DNA of 52,379 nt, taken from Chiloscyllium plagiosum. Lineage: Eukaryota. Below are positions 12,913 through 25,000 of the stretch, piece by piece (positions within the stretch are counted from its first letter, which is position 1; each line of letters opens with the position of its first letter). Both the position numbers and the translations under genes were made by a program. The DNA lies in NCBI RefSeq assembly GCF_004010195.1, contig NC_057718.1:87747781-87800159 (forward strand), given 5' to 3'. The notes beneath the pieces were generated by a model. That model was not told the origin of the DNA. It did no database searches and saw only the letters and a program-made list of their open reading frames with translations.

Positions 12913-13071
12913 ATGTGGAGGTGCCTGTGTTGGACTGGAGTAGAAAACGTCAGAAGTCTAATGACGCCAAGTTATAGTCCAACAGGTTTATTTGAAATCA
13001 CAAGCTTTCAAAGTGCTGCTTTGTCGTCAGGTGAAGACTTCACCTGAGAAGGACTATAACCTGGTGTCATG
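12913..13071 (-). mobile_element. Penelope-derived repeat (family C) with short inverted second copy
   Basis: Full unit on -, partial deleted copy on +. Junction palindrome CAGGTGAAG-A-CTTCACCTG at 13028-13046. GGACTATAAC is present in both orientations. Confidence 0.7.
12998..13034 (-). ncRNA. Minimal type I hammerhead ribozyme motif (putative)
   Basis: - strand: UCAC-CUGACGA-C-AAAG-CAGCA-CUUU-GAAA-GCUU-GUGA. Stem I UCAC/GUGA, stem II AAAG/CUUU, palindromic AGCU in place of stem III. Confidence 0.65.
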
Positions 13072-13261
13072 CCCCTATTTGGTCATCTTAAAGATGACCC
13101 CATTTTAATTATTTATCAATCAGTAGAAATAATTTGATCAATTAATTTATCAAAATCCTGATAAGTATGAACTCTTATCAGATCTGCTCCTGATGAAAGG
13201 AACCTTAGTTTCTCTTCTTTTCCGTATACATTATGAAGTCTCTCATTTGTGTGTTTTTGTT

Positions 13262-15210
13262 ATATATTCATGGGAAGTACATTTGCTGATGATTAAGATC
13301 CATCGCCCATCTTGTATTTTTCCTTGAGAAGTTTATTGGGAGCTGCCTCCTTGATCTGCAGCAGCCCATGCATTGGAAATACATATTGTGTAATTCAGGA
13401 GGAAATTCCAGTATTGTAGCTGAACAAAAGTGAAACCGGATTAATGTGCGAGTTAGAGGAATTTGCAAGTGGCGGTGCTCCCACACATCTGCCAGTGCTT
13501 TTCCAGGTGGTAAAACTGGTTGGAAGGTGCTGTCAAAGGATGTGTTATTGGAATGCATTGTATACTGCATTGACTGCCACTGTGTGCCAATGTGGTGGAG
13601 GAATTGAATGTTTAGTAGTAGTTGGGGTGTCAGTCAAGTTAGCTGCTTTGTCCTTGAAATTGTTGAGATTCTTGAGTGTTGTTGGAACTCACATGATGGA
13701 ATCTGTGGTTTCAAAGCATATGTGTTTAGAGACAGACTCTGATGAGGGGAACTGAGAAATTGAACTTACCCATCCAATTTCTTTTGAATCCAATTGGAAA
13801 CCAAAAATCCTGATGAGACTGAATATGGTTGAAACCATATAAAAGGGTATAAAGCCATCAGAGCTCAGATGATGAACCCAGTGGTGCAATGCAGGTAAAT
13901 GAAGAAAATGGCAACAAGATCCAGAAGCTGAGAATAGGCAGATTAGATAAATCAGATTAGAATTTCTGCAGCTCTTTCTTTTACTTAAAGGTAACAATGG
14001 TGGATCTAAACCATTCAGACTCTAGTAAGCAGAGTTGACATTATGCAAACCTGCTATGTTTACTGAAAGACATGTCTATAGATCTCTAGTTGGTTATGCA
14101 CTACTGCATTACCGTTGGCTGGGATTTAGCCTAAATGCTAGGAGGGGAGCTGAAATTGTTTGTGAAAAAAGTTTTGGAGATTTTGTGATTGAGATTGACA
14201 CACAATTCATAAAAGATCTGTCTTAGTTTATCTGCCATTTATTATTTATAATTGATCAAAATTTTCCTGTTAATTCATGTTTAAGATTAGATTCCCTACA
14301 GTGTGGAAACAGGCCCTTCGGCCCAACAAGTCCACACCAACCCTCCGAAGAGTAACCCACCTAGACCCATTCCCCTATATTTAACCCTGACTAATGCACT
14401 TAACACGACAGGCAATTTAGCTTGGCCAATTCACCTAACCTGCACAAGTTTGAACTGTGGGAGGAAACCGGAGCACCCGGAGGAAACGCATGCAGACATG
14501 GGGAGAATGTGCAAACTCCACACAGACAGTTGTCCGAGATCGGAATTGAACTCTGGCCCCTGGCGCTGTGAGGCAGCAGTGCTAACCACTGCGCCACCCC
14601 TTGTGTGCATGGTGTGTTTGAGTAAGGGTAGTTAGCTAAGATAGTACCTCGTGTTTGCTTTGTTTGGTAGGCATGCTTTTGGGTGAGTTACTTGCTGCAG
14701 AATTCCCAGCCTTTTGTAGTCACACAATTTTTGCGGCTGGTTCAGTTAACTACTTGGCCAATATTGATTACTGTTGTACAGTGCTGATGGTAGGACTGTT
14801 TATTTCACCACCTTGTTTACTGAGAGGAGGTTAATGGGGCAATAATTAGAAGAGATCTGTCATCCGTTTTGTACACAAGACATAATTGGATAATTTTGCA
14901 CATTGCTGGCCACATACCAGTTTTGGAGTTGTACTAAAACAGCTTGGCAATAGACCATGGTTAGTTCTGAAGCACAACTCTTCAGCACTGCAACCAGGAT
15001 GTTGTTGAGGCCTATAGCCTTTGCTGCAGCCAATATGCTGAAATATTTTTTGGTATCACATGGAGTGAATTGAATTGGCTGAAGCTTGGCATCTGATGCT
15101 CGAGATTTTAGGAGGAGGTTGGATCATATGTTGAGCACTTGAGGTCAAGATGATTGCATGTTCTTCAGTCTGGTCTTTGGCTCTGATTTGTTGGTCTTTC
15201 CTATTATTGC
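13262..15210 (-). mobile_element. Old LINE relic in two pieces (about 13262-13692 and 14660-15210), interrupted by other sequence including an HE1 SINE
   Basis: Colinear similarity to the 18886-19200 and 32670-35150 copies (CTTGAGAAG..AGCTGCCTCCTTGA, GGAAGGTGCTG, GAATTGGCTGAAG). Confidence 0.5.
14284..14598 (-). mobile_element. HE1-type V-SINE, full length
   Basis: tRNA head with A box TGGCGCAGTGG and B box GTTCAATTCC. V-domain TGTGTGGAGTTTGCACATTCTCCCC..TTTCCTCCGGGTGCTCCGGTTTCCTCCCACAG. CR1-like tail ending (AATCT)n. Confidence 0.9.
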
Positions 15211-15290
15211 AGACAGTACTGTCTCTCTTTCTGTTCTTTTTAAAATATTAGTTTAATCTAAATTATATCTCCTTTTCATTCCTTCTGAAA

Positions 15291-15670
15291 TAAGACCATA
15301 AGACATTGGAGTAGAAGTAAGCCATTTGGCGTATCGACTCTCCTCTGCCACTCAATGAGATCATGGCTGATTTGATAACCTTCAACTTCACTTTCTTACC
15401 TTACCTCCATAACTTTTGATTCCCTTACTGATTAACAATCTATCTCAGTTTTGAATATACTTAATGACTCCGCCTCTACAGTCTTCGGCAATAAATAATT
15501 CCACAGATGACTACCCTCCGAGCAAAAAAAATCCTCCTCATCTGTCATAAATAGGTGACTCTTTGATATTATGCCCTTTGTTCCTAGACCCGCTTCCAAG
15601 AGCTTGCCACCTCTCTGCATCTAGCTTGTAAGGTCCCCGAATAATATAGTGTTTCAATAAGGTCGTTTTG
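15291..15670 (-). mobile_element. CR1 3' end fragment
   Basis: ORF 15432..15620 (LWNYLLPKTVEAESLSIFKTEID). Tail repeat TAAGACCATAAGAC on +. Confidence 0.7.
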
Positions 15671-16374
15671 ACTGGCAAGCTCATTCTGCTTGGGGTCTTA
15701 CAGATATAGAATTACATCATTTACCTGCAACCGTAACTGCAGTACAAAGATGATTCATCATGTAAAGTATTGCTGGACAATCCTTTTGTATTAGAATAAC
15801 AAAACTAAAAGAGGAGTTTCTGGAAATCCAAAGGACAGAGAGACAGCTGGACAACTCAACACATCTCCATTGACACAATGCCTCCTCCAAAAACATCTGC
15901 CTTTACAACTTCTCACTCTGCAGCCAATCATTCCACGGCCTAACCTTCCCAATCTCATAAAACCCACTGAGTTCTCTGCATTCTCCCAGTGCCAGCCTCT
16001 TGCCCACCCCAGATATTTATCCTCCACGATCTGCAGCTAACTAAACTCTGGGATTCTATCCCTAAACTTCTCAGATTCTCTCCTTGCCTTTCAGTATCCA
16101 CAGACTTTGGTCCCTGGGCCTAATATATTAAATGAATATGAAAACTGTAGCAAACATATACATTGCAAGATCTTACAATAGGACTGAGATAATAACTTGA
16201 TTATAAATTTCAGCAATGTTGCTGCTGTGTCTGAACTGTTTCTGAAGTTTTTAATTGCTTTGTAAAATCCGAGCTTTGATCATTCCATACACTGCTGACT
16301 GTGAAAAGGAAGCTTGTAGCATTTAGGGATCATTTTACTTAGAAAATATTTTTGGCTTTGTAAAGTACTTTTTT

Positions 16375-16880
16375 TTTGGCCAGCTACAGCAAAATGTATT
16401 CTTACTGGCCTCAGCTGGAGCATTGTGTTCAATTATGGGCATCTTACTTTAAGGAGGGATGTCAAAGTCTTGCTGAGTCCAGAAAGGAGATTTACAGAAA
16501 TAGTACTAAAGCCTGAGAGTCTTGAACTGTGTGAAAAGACTGGAGAACCTAGGGTTAATTTTCACGAAGAAACGTTTAACAGGATATTTGACAGAGGCAT
16601 TCAAAATCATTAATAATCTTAATGGAGTAAAGAAGGGAAAACTGTTTCCAGTTTGAGAAGGGTCAGTAACCAGATGACTTAGTTTTAAGGTCATTGACGT
16701 AAGAACTAAAGGTGAAATGAAGAAACATACTTTATTAAATATGGAGCATTGTTGTGATGTGGGATCCAATATCTGGTGGCTGGTGACCAAAAAAAAGTCC
16801 ATTAGAAATAAAATTAGATAAATAATTGAAAAGAAAACCATTACATGGCTGTGTTGAAAGAGCAAAAATATAGAATTAAT
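16375..16880 (+). mobile_element. Old CR1 ORF2 3' fragment
   Basis: Degenerate PQLEHCVQLW, RRFTEIV remnants (ORF 16425..16613). Confidence 0.55.
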
Positions 16881-16904
16881 TAGATAGCTCTAGAAATGTA
16901 GAAG

Positions 16905-17062
16905 GTAGAGTGTGTGGTGCTGGAAAAGCACAGCAGGTTCGGCAACATTGGAGGAGCAGGCGAATTGATGGTACGGGCATAAGCCCTTCATCAGGAATCT
17001 GATGCTGCCTGACCTGTTATGCTTTTCCAGTACCATACACTTGACTTTGATCTCCAGCATCT
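16905..17062. mobile_element. Inverted Penelope-derived repeat (family A)
   Basis: GTGTGGTGCTGGAAAAGCACAGCAGGT (about 16910-16938) pairs with ACCTGTTATGCTTTTCCAGTACCATAC (about 17012-17038). The - strand hammerhead has GAAA mutated to GTAC. Confidence 0.75.
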
Positions 17063-17156
17063 CCTCGAAAAGTGGAGGCATTATAATCCAAATGTTCTAC
17101 TCTTGTGCTGTATCATTCTACATTCTTTTATCTTAATGGTTTCCCTTGTTCTACAG

Positions 17157-17254
17157 GATATCAGTGATTGCATATTAGAAAATTACCCAGAATGCAACAA
17201 TCCCCGGGTGTTCTACATTATTCCATACTTCTGTGGGCAGCATCCCAAATGCAG
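17157..17254 (+). CDS. UST: Uronyl 2-sulfotransferase (UST/UST-like), third-last coding exon (98 bp)
   Basis: Polypyrimidine tract plus CTACAG acceptor and AG|GTGAGA donor. Encodes DISDCILENYPECNNPRVFYIIPYFCGQHPKC(R), matching recalled human UST DINECILENYPECSNPRLFYIIPYFCGQHPRCR. Confidence 0.95.
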
Positions 17255-17359
17255 GTGAGAGAAATTAGCCAGTTATTTCTCTTTCTAATTTAATATGATG
17301 CATTCTTAAACAAACAGCCTTCATCTTGTAAGTGACATCAGAATACTAAAATGATCGGT

Positions 17360-18095
17360 ATCGTGGACTAAAACTTAGATAAGAATTAACTGAAACAAAA
17401 TAAGTAATCAACATAGTGAGGCAGTTATTTTGTTTTAGGGGATGTACTGAGTAGAATATTCTAGGAATCAGCGTTAGGAGATATACGGAGTCGAAAGATC
17501 CAAGGATAGGTTCTTGTGTAAAATGTAAAAGATTAAGGCTAATGGAACGCTGGAGTAGAAGGTATGTTACATCTAAACAAAACCATGCATAAATCACAAC
17601 TGGAATGTGATCAGTTCTGGGCATTGCACCTGAGGAAAGATGCAGTGACCTTGGAGAGAGTGTGTATCAGTTAGCCAGAATGACATTTGTACTCCAAACT
17701 TTAAATGATCCAACTTGGGTTGTAGTTGCTGAAATTTAAAAGATTAAAGAATACTTGATTGAAATTTTCAAGATATTAAAGGTAACAGAGAAGATAGAAC
17801 ATATTTCTGCTGGTTAGGAAATGTGGGACTGGGAACATAGTTCAAAAATTAGAATTTTCAAGAGTGAAGTTAGGAAACAGTTTGAAACTCAAATGTTGCT
17901 AGAAATTTGAAGCACACTTTCACAAAGGGCAGATGATGTGGATCATTTGTTAATTTTAACTCTGGTAATGACAGATTTCTGACCAAAGGCATTAAAGAAT
18001 ATGGAGCAAACGTTCGCATATGAAGTTAAGTCACATGTCAACCATGATCTCACTTGGTGATAGAACAGGCTTGAGAGAGTGCATGACCAACTCTT
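17360..18095 (+). mobile_element. Old CR1 ORF2 3' relic in UST intron
   Basis: Degenerate QLEC.QFWA..LRKD...LERV, LIEIFKILKG and TG.HSSK remnants. Confidence 0.55.
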
Positions 18096-18137
18096 GATCT
18101 GCTCAAAGTCAGCAGAATCTGAGGAGTTATAGAAATA

Positions 18138-18228
18138 GCTGAAAATGTGTTGCTGGAAAAGCGCAGCAGGTCAGGCAGCATCCCAGGAACAGGAGAATCG
18201 ATGTTTCGGGCATAAGCCCTTCTTCAGG
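18138..18228 (-). mobile_element. Penelope-derived repeat (family A) with hammerhead core
   Basis: - strand CUGAAGA-A-GGGC-UUAU-GCCC-GAAA-CAUC (18227..18200). ACGU palindrome changed to ACAU. Confidence 0.75.
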
Positions 18229-18885
18229 GGAAATGATGTCATATTAGCTAGAGGAGCAGGTGGAGACCTAATGAAAGTGATCGTAGAAATAACACATGTC
18301 AGGACATGGTGGAGAAGCAATCAGCAAAGCAAACAGAATGCTGAACAATTCCACTGGTACAGTACAAGTCTGCAGTCAGCTGAGGCTGTTCAATACTCTG
18401 GTCAGACAACACTCTGAATACTATTTGCTGCTGGTCACAGAGGCACAAAGACAATCTCCCAGCTCTGGTAAAGGTGCTGATGCTTTGTGTCGGGGGATTG
18501 AATTAAAGAGGAAAAGTTCAAAGACAGATGACTCTTTGCTCTTTCTAGGAGATGATATGGGAGTAGAAAAGTAAAAGTTGTTCCTGAGCTTGATTTCAAA
18601 TTGAGTTTGGATTTAGGATATGACAAGAAACTGAGTAAAGGCAAGCTCAGGTCTGATGCCAGGAAACACTGAGTGATCAATAGCAACAATGAACTCTGGG
18701 TTAGTAAGTGGCACCAAAACCTGAATCATTCAAGAGGCTGGTAAATGTTGAATTGGAAGATGAGGAAATTTTAGATTACTTTAGAAGGTGGACTAAGAAA
18801 AACAGAATGTCCTCCATCTTCTGTTCTGATCTAAAATTTCTGTTTTGTCGTGAATTTCCTAGAAAACGGGGGGAAAAGTATTATC

Positions 18886-19200
18886 TTTTTGTTCATGCAT
18901 GCAGTGTGGGTATCACTGGCTAGGTGAGTGTTTATTTCCAATTCCTAATTGACCTTGAGTAGGTGGTGGTGAACTCCTGCAGCCTTTGGGGTATAGGGAC
19001 TGTTAGGGGCAGACTTCCAGGATTTTGATCAAGTGAAAGAATGATGATTTAATTCTAAGTCAAGATGGTTTATGGTTTAGAGAGAAGCTTGCAAGTGGTG
19101 AGTTTCTTGTTGCCCTTGGCCTTCAAGATGCTGGAGATCACAGGTTTAGAAGGTGCTGTTGGAGGATCCTCAGTCAGTTACTGCAGTATGTCCTGTAGTG
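18886..19200 (-). mobile_element. Old LINE 3' end relic
   Basis: Similar to the starts of the 13262 and 32670 copies. Its tail is the reverse complement of the SINE tail at about 26495-26535. Confidence 0.55.
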
Positions 19201-19423
19201 CATTTTTTAACACTTTCATCATGTTGGTGACATTGGGCTACATAGCCTGACTAACTTTATTATCTATTTAATGCTAAATAATTATGATTTTCACAACAGA
19301 TTTCCTCTGTATTACTTAGCCGTTACATTTTCAAGCTAAGAAAGTAACTAGATAGTAATCATAAATTGCAACTTTTAATGGTACGATTTGTACCTTGATT
19401 CAAACTTCTCACTTGTTTTGAAG

Positions 19424-19581
19424 GGACCCAGGGGAGTGGGCTCTGCAGAGAGCTAAAGAGAACCTGAATAGGAATTACCTGCTTGTGGGAATTCTAGAAG
19501 AATTGGAAGATGTGCTGCTTTTACTGGAACGACTTTTACCTCATTACTTCAAAGATGCTAGTGCTGTGTATCATAGTTCAG
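19424..19581 (+). CDS. UST: UST/UST-like, penultimate coding exon (158 bp)
   Basis: TTGAAG acceptor and G|GTAATT donor. Phase-compatible with both neighbouring exons (AG+G=Arg, G+AG=Glu). Encodes DPGEWALQRAKENLNRNYLLVGILEELEDVLLLLERLLPHYFKDASAVYHSS. Not in the ORF track. Confidence 0.95.
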
Positions 19582-20001
19582 GTAATTTTGCCACTGTTTC
19601 TGTTTTGTAAAACCATTGGAGCATTATAATTACATCTTACACAATTGTTTATTTAAAAGTTGCAACTAATGCAGAACTAGTACCTGGTTTGATTTCTTCA
19701 AATTTAACAATTACTGACATTTTATCTGAGCTTTACTTGTCATTTACCTTAATTGGACTTCTCACTGATCTCCTAGAAAATCATGAATAAATTGTTGGCT
19801 TGTTTGTTGGTATGATTTTTGGTAAGAAAGATTATTACAGGCATAGCATGTTATATATACGTGGGAAGAAGTTAATATGAACTTAGATTAAAGTCATATG
19901 TATGTCATGGTAATGTGGTTAAGGAACAGAGGAAAAATGAAGCCATCTTTTCATATTGATGGTTCATTTTTTTCTTAAGGGGGGAGGTGTGAAGGTATAG
20001 G

Positions 20002-20719
20002 TGTTACTGTACCTTTAAGAGAGAGTGGAAGCTGGCCTAGAGAGAGAATGTGACGAAAAATTTTAAAATGTAACATTTGGTTGTGAAACAAATAGCTGGT
20101 GCTGCGTTGCAATGTTACATAACAAATTCGAACTCAGCCAATCAGTTTAAATTATGCCCCAAGATACCAAAATCCAATCAAATTTGAATTTTACTGTTTT
20201 GGATGACATCAAACCAATGAAATGGTCCAGTGTTTTGGGGTATATAAAATTGGACATTTTGAACAGTTAGCAAGAGTGGCAAAGAGCACCAACGAAAATA
20301 TGGCCTGTAGATCCTCTCTCTGAAAGATACCTTTTAGAGTTGTGAAGCAGAAGACCAAAGAAAAGACCCAGGAAAGAAAAGACAAAGATACCAAGGGAAA
20401 AGCAACAACTGGCTGGTTTTAAAATTTGATTTTGATTTGTTAAACTTAATCGGGCTGGGGGGCATGTTTATCAGATCAGTATATTGTTATAGAATAAGAC
20501 GTTGATAGATTGATCAGACAAAGGAGGATTGCAGTTGAGATAGTTGGTGTTTAACGTTCTTGTGTTTCTTGGAGTTAAAGAATAAATTATATTTTTTCTT
20601 TACATAGAAGGGTTTTTGTAGTTCTTTATCACTCATACTTTTAACAGATTACGAGGCGAGGTGAGCTTTTCTGTGGATCTGGTTCAAATTAGCAGAAGGG
20701 TTTATCCCATGTCGTAACA
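20002..20719 (+). mobile_element. Probable solo LTR
   Basis: Termini TGTTAC (20002) and GTAACA (20714-20719); alternative start TG at 19988. CCAAT at 20138, 20174 and 20214, TATATAAAA at 20241, AATAAA at 20581. No TSD found. Confidence 0.55.
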
Positions 20720-20789
20720 GTAACAACTGTGTGAGGTACCTGCATTAAATGGTTTTCAACACTGAAATGTTGGGCTATGTAAACTAACT

Positions 20790-22012
20790 TGCATTTGATG
20801 ATCTGCATCCTAGGGTATGTAAGAAGTAGCTATAGAATAGTGATGCCTTGGTTGTAATCTTCCATAATTACTAGATTTGGAACAGTTATAGCAGATTGAG
20901 AAAGTGCATTATTACACAAGAAAGGAAGGAGACAGAAGGAAGCTTAAAGATCAGTTAATCTAAGATTTGTCATTGTGAAATGCTGTAATCCATTGTTAAA
21001 GTAGGAGTAGGACATTAGAAAGTTGTAGCATAGTAAAGCAAAACTAATACAATTTTATGAAAGAAAAACTGATAAATCCATTAATGCTGTTTGAGAATGT
21101 AAGAAGCAGATGGACAAAGAAGGAACCCATAGGTGTAGTGTATTTGGATTCTCAAAAGGTATTTATAGGAATCACATAAAAATGTTACGACACAAGATGA
21201 GAGTATTTGGTGTGAAGGTGATATATTAGAGTCATAGAGATGTACAGCACGGAAACAGACCCTTCGGTCCAACTCATCCACGCCGACCAGATATCCCAAC
21301 CTAATCTAGTCCCCTTGCCAGGACCTGGCCCTTATCCCTCCAAACCCTTCCTATTCATATATCCATTCAGATGCCTTTTAAATGTTGCAATTGTACTAGC
21401 CTCCACTACTTTCTCTGGCAGCTCATTCCACACTCGCACCAACCTCTGTGTGGAAAAAGTTGCCCCTTAGGTCTCTTTTATATCTTTCCCCTCTCACCCT
21501 AAACCTATGCCGTCTAGTTCTGGAGTCCCCCACCCCAGGGAAAAGACTTTGTCTATTTACCCTATTCATGCCCTTATGATTTTATATATTTCTATAAGGT
21601 CACCCCTCAGCCACCGATGCTTCAGGGAAAACAGCCCCCAGTCTATTTAGCCTCTCCCTATAGCTCAAATCCTCCAACCCTGGCAACATCCTTGTAAATC
21701 TTTTCTGAATCCTTTCAAGTTTCACAACATCCTTCCGATAGGAAGGAGACGGGAATTGCATGCAATATTCCAAAAGTGGCCTAACCAATGTCCTGTACAG
21801 CCGCAACATGATCTCCCAACTACTGCACTCAATACTCTGACCAATAAAGGAAAGCATACTGAATGACGACTCTCACTATCCTTTCTACCTGCGACTCTAC
21901 TTTCAAGGAGCTATGAACCTGCACTCCTTAGGATAAGGAGTGTATAAGTCCTGGGCATGTAAAGGAGATGAGCAAGCTAACAGGAAATAGTAAAAGAATA
22001 AATGGGTCATTT
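20790..22012 (+). mobile_element. Old CR1 RT fragment hosting a younger antisense HER1 copy
   Basis: LHPRV..EVAIE..DALVVIF remnant at about 20803, VYLDSQKVF at about 21138, and INGSF at about 21998 after the insertion. Confidence 0.55.
21228..21928 (-). mobile_element. 5'-truncated HER1-like CR1
   Basis: ORF 21600..21857. Nearly the reverse complement of 15-696, with tail AGAGTCATAGAG on +. Confidence 0.92.
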
Positions 22013-25000
22013 TTAAAAAATATTTTTATTGAAAAATAGATTTGTTGATGTTACAACAAATACAAAACAATACAATTCAAAACAGTAAAAAGAAAAAACA
22101 AAAAAAGTATAAATCTACATATAAAAAACCCAACTAAATACATAAATAACTAATAACTAACAGCTGACTAACAAATAATAATAGTACAGCTCAGTAAGAC
22201 AAAACACTAGGTCTTGACTATCAAGAGCATTAGTTTACACATATTCACGTGTTCGCAGTTCCCCCTGTTTGGGTATTAGACCCGTAGAATGCAATCATTA
22301 CGGCTATATAAAAGCCCTTATTAGTGTGGCAGACAGAAATGTGTCCAGGTAGTCCAAAAACAGCCGCCGTGTCTTATAAAAATTCTCAGTTTTATGGTGC
22401 ACAATACTTGTAAGAAAATCCAAAGAGATACGCTCCATAACAACCTTATGCCAACGTGACAAACCCAGAGGATTTTCACACACCCAACCTAACAGAATAT
22501 TCTTTCTTGCACAAAAAGGATGTTGAAAAGTTTTTTCTTATGCGCATTTACAGGCAGGCCAAGAAGAAGAGAAATCGGGTCTGTCTCCAACCTTGTCCCC
22601 AAGATCCTCTCTTTTGCACCTGTCACAGCGGTCCAGTTTGTTCGGAGCCTGCAGCAGGACCAGAGGCAATGAGTAAGAGTGCCCGTACTTGCTTTGCACT
22701 TGGGACATGTTGAAGATGCTCCTGGTTTAAATTTTGATAAACTATCTGGAGCCAAATGGACCCTGTCGGGAATCTTCAACTGTAAAGCATGGGTCCTATT
22801 GCAAAGCAAGATCTTTCTCGCATTTTCCCAAATGTCTGCCCAATGCCCTAATCTAATGCCCAACTCTCGCCCACACCCTGTAAAGCTGTTTGATCTCATC
22901 CAAGGGGCGGCCCCCCCCAACAGGCAATAAAGTGTGTTCTTAGTACGGAGCACCCTCATCTCCATGTCAGTTCTTTAGTGATCGGTTAAAAGTGTAGTCC
23001 TTTTTTGAATGAAATCCCTAATTTAAAAAAAAAGAAATCCCTGCTAAATAGTTCATATTTCCGAGCTAACTGGTCAAAATACATCATTGTGCCCCCCTCA
23101 AATAAATCACCCATGCAAGAGACACCCCTAGCTGCCCAAAGTTTAAATCCTGAATCCATCATCCCCAGTTGAAAACCCGGCATGCCAGTTATAGGTGTAA
23201 AAAAGATGTTTTGGCAATATTGCCTTCACTCTGCCGACTGCCTTCCATGCTTTAACAGTATTGATAACTATTGGGTTGTGGCAATATTCCTTAACTGTCC
23301 TCATTTTGTCCAGAAACAGCCAGCTAGTAAGGGGGCACCTTGCCTGAGAGGTTTCAGTATCTAACCATATTGAAAGTGGGCACCCACAAGCCCAGTCACA
23401 CTCATAAGATAAAAGCCAGTTTGGTTGATGGTTTTTAATGTCTGGGTTATCCACTCCTCCTAGTCTGTGAGGCAATTGCAATTTAGCTAATTTATTAAGG
23501 GGCCATTTACGATGCCAGATAAAAGAGCTGATCTAACCGTTCAGTCTCCTGAATGTTTGCCTAGTGAAAATCAAGGGGAGCATTCGCATAGGGTACAATA
23601 GACAGGGGCGAATATTCATTTTAATGAGGGCTATCCAACCTAACCAAGAAACTGGAAGCACCTCCCATCTTTGGAAATGATGTTTGATTTTTGTCAAATA
23701 AATGAGCAAAATTAGCTTTAAACACCCGAAAAGGTGCCAAGGGATTTGGTGCATTGTATCAGATGAGGCACCAAAACTGGTGGGTTTGACAAAAAGATGA
23801 GGACATCATCTGAGTATAACGAAATCTCGTGTGATTTTGACTCCACTTCAGGAGCTGATATATTAGGATCCCTACGAATGGTGTCCACCAGCAGCTTGAT
23901 TACTAATCTGCATCTAGAGAGATCACCAATCCCTCTACAGACTGTTGTTGACACGCTTGAATTACATTAAGTAACCTCCTAACATTATTGGAAGATCTGC
24001 GGCCCTTTATAAAGCCTGTCTGGTCCTCTTTAATAGTAGAAGACAATACAGTTCACAGCCTTAACGCACGAGTCTTCAAAAGGATTTTAAAATCAATGGG
24101 CCTATAAGAAGTACAGTCCTCTGGGGCTTTCCCTTTTTTAAGAATAAGAGAGATATTGGCCTTTATTAGAGAAGGCAGGAGGCGATCATCACTATATGAG
24201 TTGTTAAACATGTTGAGCATCTGGTCTGACAATATGCTTATAAGTTCCTTATAAAATTCACTGGGAGGTCAATCAGGACCAAAAGCCTTTCCACTCTGAA
24301 GCTGCTTCACGGACTCCTGCTCCTCTTACACTGATAAGGGGGCATTGAGAAAAGACTCTTGTTTGAAGGTTATACCCAGAAGCTCCAGATTCTTAAAAAA
24401 GATTCCATCCTAGCCTGACCATCCTCACAACTTTCAGACTGATATAATTCAGAGTAAAATCTCCAAAATGCCACATGCATCGTTTTAGCATTACACATTA
24501 GGTTTCTAGCAGCTTCCGTGATCGACATAATGGATTGAGGGGTACTCTTTTGCCTGGCAATATACACTAAGTAATTGCCTGATTTGTCTCCATGCTCAGC
24601 CCTTTTTTGGAAAAGTAAGCTCCTTCTTTGCTGTCTGCATGAGCATAGAGTTCAATGCGGACCGAAGCGCTGTGATCCTCTGTTGCTTATGTAACGAGGG
24701 TCTGTCAAAGTAAGCCTTCCTGGCTGCCTTCAACTGTGCTTCAAGCAGACATTGCTGCTAACCCTTCTGCTGCTTCCTACTGGCAGAGTAGGAAATAACT
24801 AATCCACTGGTATAAGCTTCGGCAGTTTCCCAAAGACGAGCTACTAGCCGAACCTGAATTAATGTCTAGGAACACCCCAAATTCTTTAGAGAAGTACTCT
24901 ACAAACTTATTATCCTTAAGAATAAAGGGATCCATTCGCCAGTGTCACAGACCCCCTATAGCGTCCTTAATCTTAACCAAAGTACAATGGAGCATGATCA

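Noticed and set aside
13186..13210. CTGATGA hammerhead or snoRNA box candidate
   Set aside because: No stem II followed by GAAA, and no convincing C/D box pair with a terminal stem.
14540..14598. tRNA gene
   Set aside because: tRNA-derived head of an HE1 SINE, contiguous with the V-domain.
1..17156. Upstream UST exon (PVYINIIRDP..RRFGDW region)
   Set aside because: Not found on reading. It probably lies before the window, though a manual scan could miss it.
17019..17258. 79-aa ORF with hydrophobic N-terminus
   Set aside because: The N-terminal part is repeat and polypyrimidine intron sequence. Only 17157-17254 is exon.
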